Below are positions 18,380 to 24,754 of a stretch of DNA of 24,754 bases, one piece after another. A program made the position numbers and the translations under genes. Below the pieces are notes generated by a model. That model was not told where the DNA came from. It was given only the letters and a program-made list of their open reading frames with translations, and made no database searches. How positions within the stretch are numbered: the stretch's first letter is position 1; the number at the start of each line of letters is the position of its first letter. This stretch comes from Deinococcaceae bacterium (GTDB lineage Bacteria > Deinococcota > Deinococci > Deinococcales > Trueperaceae), in NCBI GenBank assembly GCA_040256005.1, contig JBDZWC010000034.1:1-24754 (forward strand), given 5' to 3'.

Positions 18380-20305
18380 ATGACTACGGACACCCGGACA
18401 CAGCCAGCCAGCCGCGCGAGATTGAGCAGGGTGCAGGTGATGAAGCTCGTCCTCGACATGTTCGCGTTCGCGTTGGGCACGGTGGCTGCCTTCCTGCTGC
18501 GGCTGGACGGGCTACCCGCCGCCGGCACCCTCCTGCTGGCCGTGGTCGTGTCGTTCGCGCTGAAGGCCTTCGCCTACCGGCTGCTGAACCTGCACAAGCA
18601 GTCCTGGAGCAACGTCGCGTTCCGCGACCTGGGCGGCCTGGCCGTGTTGGGCGCGTTCGTGGCGGTGGTGGGCACGCTCGCCCTGCTCGTCGGCGGGCCG
18701 GCCGCCGGCATCCCGCGCTCGATCGCCGTCCTCGACGGCACGCTCACGTTCCTGCTGCTGGCGGCGATACGCTCGGCCGCCCGCTACCGTCACGAGCACT
18801 ACCAGGCCACCGTCATAGGCCCCGACTTCCGCAAGCGCGTGTTGGTGGTGGGAGCCGGCGAGGCCGGTGCCCTGGTCGTGCGCGAGCTGCTGCGCCACCC
18901 GGAGACCGGCATGAAGCCGGTCGCGTTCCTCGACGACGACCCCAGCAAGGTGGGTCAGCGCGTGGCCAGCGTGCCGGTGCTGGGCCGCGTGTCGGACGCC
19001 GAGAAGGTGATCCCCGAGCGCCAGATCGACGAGGTGCTCATCGCCATCCCCTCCAAGGGCGGCAACGAGGTACGCAACGTCATCGAGCAGGTGCGTCGGG
19101 CGCGTCCCAACCTGACCTACAAGATCATCCCCGGCATGTACGAGGTGCTGGCCGGGCGCGTCGACCTGCGGCGGATCCGCGAGGTAGACATCGACGACCT
19201 CCTCGGCCGGCCCGCCGTGAAGCTCGACACCGACAGCATCCACGGCTACCTGCGCGGCAAGCGCGTGATGATCACCGGCGCCGGCGGCTCCATCGGCTCC
19301 GAGCTGGTGCGGCAGATCTGCCGCTTCGACCCCGCCGACCTGATCCTCTTCGGCCACGGCGAGAACAGCATCTACGCGCTCGAACGAGAGCTCGACCGCG
19401 ACTGGCCCGAGATCAGGTACCACGGCGTCATCGGCGCCATCCAGAACGGCGCCAGGCTCGACTACGTCTTCAACCGCTACCGCCCCGACGTCGTCTTCCA
19501 TGCCGCTGCTCACAAGCACGTGCCGCTCATGGAGGAGAACCCGGAAGAGGCGATCTTCAACAACGTCATCGGCAGCCGCAACCTCATCCAGCTCGCGCTC
19601 AAGTACGGCGTCTCCCACTTCGTGAACATCTCGACGGACAAGGCGGTGAACCCCACCTCGGTCATGGGCGCCACTAAGCGGTTCGTCGAGTACCTGGTGC
19701 AGGACGCGGCCAGGCGCGCCGGCCCGAACCAGAAGTTCGTGTCGGTCCGCTTCGGCAACGTGCTGGGCAGCCGCGGCAGCGTGATACCCATCTTCAAGAG
19801 CCAGATCGCAGCCGGCGGGCCCGTCACCGTGACGCACCCCGACATGGTCAGGTACTTCATGACCATCCCGGAGGCCGCCCAGCTCGTCCTGCAGGCCTCC
19901 GGCCACGGCAGGAACGGCGAGGTCTACATCCTCGACATGGGCGAGCCGGTGCGCATAGTTGACCTGGCGCGTGACCTCATCCGCCTCTCGGGCCTGCGTC
20001 CCGACGTGGACATCCCCATCCGCTTCTCCGGCATGCGGCCCGGCGAGCGGCTGGTCGAGGAGCTGATGACCGAGAAGGAAGAGCGGTCGCAGACCCGCCA
20101 CGAGAAGATCTTCGTGGCCCGCGCGGAGCCCATGGAGCCCGAGACGCTGTACTCGGCCGTGGAGCAGCTGCAGGACGCCGCCCAGCGCAGCGACCACGAG
20201 CGCATCCGCGCCCTGCTGGAGACGTTCCTCGAGGGCTGCCACTTCCAGGTGTCGGTCGACGCCCTGGAGTCCTCGCGCCTCGCCGCCTCGGCTACCGCCG
20301 TCTGA
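18380..20305 (+). CDS. Membrane-bound UDP-GlcNAc 4,6-dehydratase (CapD/PglF/WbpM family)
   Basis: Four N-terminal TMs, VGAGEAG, DLLGR, TGAGGSIGSE, HAAAHKHVP, STDKAVNP, MGATK, VRFGNVLGSRGSV, RYFMTIPEA. Confidence 0.94.
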   Translation: MTTDTRTQPASRARLSRVQVMKLVLDMFAFALGTVAAFLLRLDGLPAAGTLLLAVVVSFALKAFAYRLLNLHKQSWSNVAFRDLGGLAVLGAFVAVVGTLALLVGGPAAGIPRSIAVLDGTLTFLLLAAIRSAARYRHEHYQATVIGPDFRKRVLVVGAGEAGALVVRELLRHPETGMKPVAFLDDDPSKVGQRVASVPVLGRVSDAEKVIPERQIDEVLIAIPSKGGNEVRNVIEQVRRARPNLTYKIIPGMYEVLAGRVDLRRIREVDIDDLLGRPAVKLDTDSIHGYLRGKRVMITGAGGSIGSELVRQICRFDPADLILFGHGENSIYALERELDRDWPEIRYHGVIGAIQNGARLDYVFNRYRPDVVFHAAAHKHVPLMEENPEEAIFNNVIGSRNLIQLALKYGVSHFVNISTDKAVNPTSVMGATKRFVEYLVQDAARRAGPNQKFVSVRFGNVLGSRGSVIPIFKSQIAAGGPVTVTHPDMVRYFMTIPEAAQLVLQASGHGRNGEVYILDMGEPVRIVDLARDLIRLSGLRPDVDIPIRFSGMRPGERLVEELMTEKEERSQTRHEKIFVARAEPMEPETLYSAVEQLQDAAQRSDHERIRALLETFLEGCHFQVSVDALESSRLAASATAV

Positions 20306-20317
20306 GATAGGGCCGCC

Positions 20318-20332
20318 CGGGCCGACGGCCCG
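20318..20332. terminator. Short GC hairpin between convergent genes
   Basis: CGGGCC-GAC-GGCCCG; no clear U-tract. Confidence 0.25.
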
Positions 20333-20351
20333 CCGATTCGAGACTCGACCT

Positions 20352-21605
20352 CTACTGCCTCAAGGCCTCGCGGTAGCGCTCCACCAACAGGTCGTTGAGC
20401 TTCTCCGCGTCGAACTCGGCCTCCACCTTGGCGCGCCCGGCCCTGCCCAGGACGGGCCAGGCCGCGGGTCCCTCGATGAGCTCGATCAGACGGCTCGTCA
20501 GGGCGGCCACGTCGCCCTCCTCGACCAGGAAGCCGGAGACGCCGTCAGCCACCAGCTCCGGGATCCCGCCGTGCCGCGTGCTGAGCACCGGCATGCCCGA
20601 GGCCATGGCCTCCTTGACGACGTTGGGCACGCCCTCGGCGTCGCCGCTCGCGGCGGTGACGCTGGGCGCGATCAGCAAGTGTGACGACGCCATGACCTCC
20701 GCCACGGCCCGCGAGTCGAGGTCGCCGCCGGCGAAGCGCACCGCGCCCTCTATCCCGAGCTCGGCGGCCAACGACTTCAGGCGCTCCTCCAACGGACCGC
20801 TGCCGACGAGGGTGAGGCGAGCCCTGAGCGAGCCGTCCGGACCCGTTCCCAGGTGCGCCAGAGCCCCCGCGAAGGCGCGCAGAGCATCGGCCACCCCCTT
20901 CTTCTCGACGAAGCGACCCACGAACAAAACCTCCGTGGTCTCGTCGGCAGAGCGTCCCCGCGGCGCGAACGCGAAGCGCTTCAGGTCGATGCCGGACCGG
21001 TGGACGAAGGTCTTCTCGCTCGGCGCGCCGGCTGCCAGCAGGCGTTCCTTGAGGTCGGTGCTCACCGGCAGGAACAGGGAGCCGCGGGCGAACACGCGGG
21101 CGAACGCCTCCGGGTTCCGAGGCAGGTGCGAGGTCGTGTCCGCGCCCCGGAACGACGCCACCAGCCGGCCACGCACCCCACCCAGGGCGAGGAGACGCTC
21201 CACGGGCGGGGCCAGATGACCGAACTGGGCGTGCACGATGTCGTAATCGCGCTGCCTGGCGAACGACAGCGCGGTATAGGCGGGCACGAGCGACCAGACC
21301 TCCGGGCCCCGCAGGGGGTTGAGCGCGTCCATGACCCCCAGGTTCCAGGACCGGGGCGAGACCAGATGCCTCAGCGCAGTGGTCAGCCGCCTGAGGCGGT
21401 CCCTGGGCACGGGGAGGTGCATGTCGCGCTCGCGCAGGCCGTAGGTACTCACCTCGGCGTGCGCGCGCTCGTAGGAGCCCACCGCCAGGGGGTAGAGGTG
21501 CACGTCGTGCCCCCTGTCGAGGAGGCCGGTGATCTGGTTGAGGATGAACGTGTTGTGGATCTCGGGGAACACCGGGATCACGAAGGCGATCCGGAGCGCC
21601 TCCAC
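20352..21605 (-). CDS. Glycosyltransferase family 4, WcaL/AmsK-like
   Basis: Likely GTG start at 21605 (1-nt overlap with the upstream TAG). FP..TFILNQITGL, VHAQFG, SFRGAD, GRFVEKKG, GDAEGVPNVVKEAMASG..STRHGGIPE. Confidence 0.9.
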   Translation of the reverse strand: MEALRIAFVIPVFPEIHNTFILNQITGLLDRGHDVHLYPLAVGSYERAHAEVSTYGLRERDMHLPVPRDRLRRLTTALRHLVSPRSWNLGVMDALNPLRGPEVWSLVPAYTALSFARQRDYDIVHAQFGHLAPPVERLLALGGVRGRLVASFRGADTTSHLPRNPEAFARVFARGSLFLPVSTDLKERLLAAGAPSEKTFVHRSGIDLKRFAFAPRGRSADETTEVLFVGRFVEKKGVADALRAFAGALAHLGTGPDGSLRARLTLVGSGPLEERLKSLAAELGIEGAVRFAGGDLDSRAVAEVMASSHLLIAPSVTAASGDAEGVPNVVKEAMASGMPVLSTRHGGIPELVADGVSGFLVEEGDVAALTSRLIELIEGPAAWPVLGRAGRAKVEAEFDAEKLNDLLVERYREALRQ

Positions 21606-22558
21606 TAGCGTGCCAGCGCGTCGCGTCCCATGGCGGCCCGAGTCTGGCGCTTGAGCCCGCCCTTGGCGCGCAGCCAGCGCCGCCTCAGGTCGAACGCCAG
21701 CGGCGACGCTACGCCGCCGAAGAGCGCGTTCACCTCGCGATAGGCCCGCCAGCGCTCGGCCGGGTCGGCGATGGCCGAGGCCACGCGGTAGCACTTCTGG
21801 CACAGGTAGACGCTGCCTATCCGGCGCAGCTCGTCGCGGCGCTCCGGGAAGCCGTTCTCGATGACCTGCAGCAGGTAGACGGCGTCCTCGGCCCACTGGA
21901 CCGCCTTCACCGAAGAGCCGCGGTTGTCGTCGTGCCGCCGGAAGCTCGCCAGCACGTCCGGCACCTCGGCGTGGCCGTGCGCCGCCATGAGGTGGACGGT
22001 GGCGACCACGTCCTGGTAGAGGCCGTGGGGGCTGTCGAACCGGCCGACTGCCCGCAGGTGAGCCGTGTTGTACAGCGTGGAGGCCAGGTACAGCGGCGTC
22101 TGGCGCCGGAACCAGCTCAGCATCACCGCGGCGCCGTCGTTGGTAACCGGCCCGAGGGGGTTCGTGGCCAGCACCTCGCCCGCGGCGCCTATCACACGTG
22201 ATCCGGTCCTCACCAGGCCAAGCCCGAGCCGGCCGTCGAGGGCCTCAACGCAGCGCGAGACGAACTCGGGGTCGATCAGGTCGTCGTCGTGCAGCAGCAG
22301 GAAGAACTCGCCCCTGGCGTTGTCGACGCAGGAGTTGAAGTTCGCGTTGGCGCCGATGTTCTCCGGGTGCCTGACGTAGCGCAGCCGCTCATCACCCAAG
22401 CCCGAGACGTACTCGTCCGTGCCGTCGGTCGAGGCGTTGTCGCACACCACGACCTCGAGGGCCTCGTAGTCCTGCGCCAGGGCGCTCGCCAGGGCCTGGG
22501 GGAAGTAGCCGTTCCGCCGGTTGTAGGTCGGGATCCCGATCGTGATGAGCGGCTGCAC
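21605..22558 (-). CDS. Glycosyltransferase family 2
   Basis: Likely GTG start at 22558. ITIGIPTYNR, VCDNASTDGT, NIGANANFN, LLHDDD. Confidence 0.92.
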   Translation of the reverse strand: MQPLITIGIPTYNRRNGYFPQALASALAQDYEALEVVVCDNASTDGTDEYVSGLGDERLRYVRHPENIGANANFNSCVDNARGEFFLLLHDDDLIDPEFVSRCVEALDGRLGLGLVRTGSRVIGAAGEVLATNPLGPVTNDGAAVMLSWFRRQTPLYLASTLYNTAHLRAVGRFDSPHGLYQDVVATVHLMAAHGHAEVPDVLASFRRHDDNRGSSVKAVQWAEDAVYLLQVIENGFPERRDELRRIGSVYLCQKCYRVASAIADPAERWRAYREVNALFGGVASPLAFDLRRRWLRAKGGLKRQTRAAMGRDALAR

Positions 22559-22564
22559 GAGACA

Positions 22565-22570
22565 AGGGTA
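22565..22570 (-). promoter_or_regulatory. -10 element TACCCT 6 nt before GTG 22558 (leaderless promoter)
   Basis: Minus strand reads TACCCT-tgtctc-GTG with no SD. Confidence 0.55.
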
Positions 22571-22717
22571 CCGGTAACGACGGGCGCGGTCCGGGGTACC
22601 CCTCACTTACCGGCCCCCGGCCACGGGCCTCGGATCACCCGTGTGCGACCTCCGGCCCACGGCCCGGCCCTTGAACGCCGGCCTGGGACCGTCACACGTT
22701 GTCATGAACCGCCCGAC

Positions 22718-22723
22718 TATCAT
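22718..22723 (+). promoter_or_regulatory. -10 element TATCAT 6 nt before GTG 22730 (leaderless promoter)
   Basis: TATCAT-gccgtg-GTG with no SD. Confidence 0.55.
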
Positions 22724-22729
22724 GCCGTG

Positions 22730-24028
22730 GTGGCTGCACCGCTCACGACCGGTGCCGGATCTCTCCCGGCCGTGGTGGTCTCCTTCTCCGCGATACGCGG
22801 GTTCGTGCTACGCGTGCTGGTCATCGCGCTGGTCATCGGCGTCCCCGCCGCCATCGTCACGTTCATGGTGAGCGGTCGGAGCACGCCGCTGTACCTGGCG
22901 GACGCCACGCTGCTCATCCCGCTGGCTCAAGGGCCCATCGACCTGCCGGGCGAGGTGCCTGCAGCGGTGGAGCCGATGATGGCCGCGGCCTACGGGCCAG
23001 TCCTCAAGAGCCGGACGGTCCTCGAGGACGCCTACGCCCGCCTCGCCGGCCCCGACGCTCCCCCGCCCACGGCCCGCGAGCTGGCCGCTTTCCGGGACAG
23101 CATCCGCTTCCAGTTCGAGGAGAGGAAACGCTCGACGTTGATATTCGTCGACGTCGAGGGACCTTCCCCAGCGGCCGCGATCGACAGGGCGAACGCTTTG
23201 GCGGCCGCGCTGGTCGCCTGGGACGACGCTCGCGCGCTGGCCGACGCCAACAGGGGCGTGGAGGCCGTCGAGTCACAGATCGAGGCCATCGAGGCCGAGC
23301 TCGTGCGGCTGCGGGCCAGCGGCAGCCGCGCCAACCTCCCACAGATCGCCAACCTCTCCGTGGTGGCGGCGAACCTGCGGCAGCAGGCCGCCGTCGCCAG
23401 GGCCGCCGCCGTGAGCTCGCGCGGCAACCTCGAGTTCCTGGTGCCGGCGTCGCGCAGCTTCCTGATCGAGCCGAGCCCAGTAGTCGACGCAGCGGTTGTG
23501 CTGGCCCTCGTGACCGTCATGGCCATGGTCGTCCTGCTGGTTCGCGCCGGCCTGAACCGCCGCGTGAACGGTGTCGCGGGCTTGGCGGAGGTCACCGGGC
23601 TGCCGGTGCTGGCGGACCTGACCGGCGGGGCTACCGGGCGAGCGGCCGGCACGAGGCCCGACAGGTTCGGCCCGGGGCGGCCAGACGGCAGGGAGCTCAG
23701 CTACCTCAAGGCCCACCTGGACCGCATGCTCATGGGCGGCGAGGTGCTGGTGGCGGGGCTCACCGACAACACCGCCGCCGCGCGGGTCGCCACCGCGCTG
23801 GACACGTTGTTCTCGGCACCCGGTTCGACCACGACCGTGACGGTGGGCCCGTGGCTGCTGGGCTCCGGTGACGCCCTGGAGCGCGCTACCGAGGCCGACG
23901 CCGTGCTCATCGTGGCGGACCCCAAGGAGACGATCCGCGCCGACCTGAGGCGCGCGGTCCAGTGGTTGGGCAGGTCGTCCGCCAACGTGATGGGGATCGT
24001 GGCGGCCAGCGCCAGGAGCGCCAGGTAG
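22730..24028 (+). CDS. Polysaccharide co-polymerase (Wzz/Wzc-like) with degenerate BY-kinase domain
   Basis: TM1, PLYLADATLLI, LKSRTVL, coiled coil, PSP motif before TM2, then a shortened kinase-like C-terminus (DA..ADAVLIVA..T..DLRRAVQWL..ANVMGIV). Confidence 0.78.
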   Translation: MAAPLTTGAGSLPAVVVSFSAIRGFVLRVLVIALVIGVPAAIVTFMVSGRSTPLYLADATLLIPLAQGPIDLPGEVPAAVEPMMAAAYGPVLKSRTVLEDAYARLAGPDAPPPTARELAAFRDSIRFQFEERKRSTLIFVDVEGPSPAAAIDRANALAAALVAWDDARALADANRGVEAVESQIEAIEAELVRLRASGSRANLPQIANLSVVAANLRQQAAVARAAAVSSRGNLEFLVPASRSFLIEPSPVVDAAVVLALVTVMAMVVLLVRAGLNRRVNGVAGLAEVTGLPVLADLTGGATGRAAGTRPDRFGPGRPDGRELSYLKAHLDRMLMGGEVLVAGLTDNTAAARVATALDTLFSAPGSTTTVTVGPWLLGSGDALERATEADAVLIVADPKETIRADLRRAVQWLGRSSANVMGIVAASARSAR

Positions 24029-24030
24029 GC

Positions 24031-24754
<724 letters not shown>

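Noticed and set aside
21606..22729. Upstream extensions of ORFs 20352..21896 and 22289..24028
   Set aside because: They overlap the real GT2 gene. Family homology and promoter spacing point to starts at 21605 and 22730.

Overview
High-GC bacterial window, probably Deinococcota (Trueperaceae-like). This is an inference from TANNNT boxes 6 nt before start codons, the FabF tail and a c-di-GMP-II riboswitch. It opens with the 3' end of fabF, a secreted DUF5060/DUF4038-like putative glycosidase, murJ and a small membrane protein. From about 6.5 kb onward it is a surface-polysaccharide locus: two GT2 and three GT4 glycosyltransferases, a Wzy/WaaL-family protein, a UDP-HexNAc 6-dehydrogenase, a UDP-glucuronate 4-epimerase, a CapK-like adenylate-forming enzyme, a PglK-like ABC flippase, a CapD/PglF dehydratase, a Wzz/Wzc-like protein with a degenerate kinase domain, and a partial SDR epimerase. 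The most notable signal is not in the ORF track. A ~380-nt structured leader (4077-4456) holds a well-conserved c-di-GMP-II aptamer, an apparent RBS-sequestering expression platform and an unidentified upstream multi-stem RNA domain. It precedes one of two paralogous uncharacterised lipoproteins (predicted alpha/alpha-barrel sugar-active enzymes) in or beside the polysaccharide locus. No tRNA, rRNA, CRISPR array or mobile element was seen.
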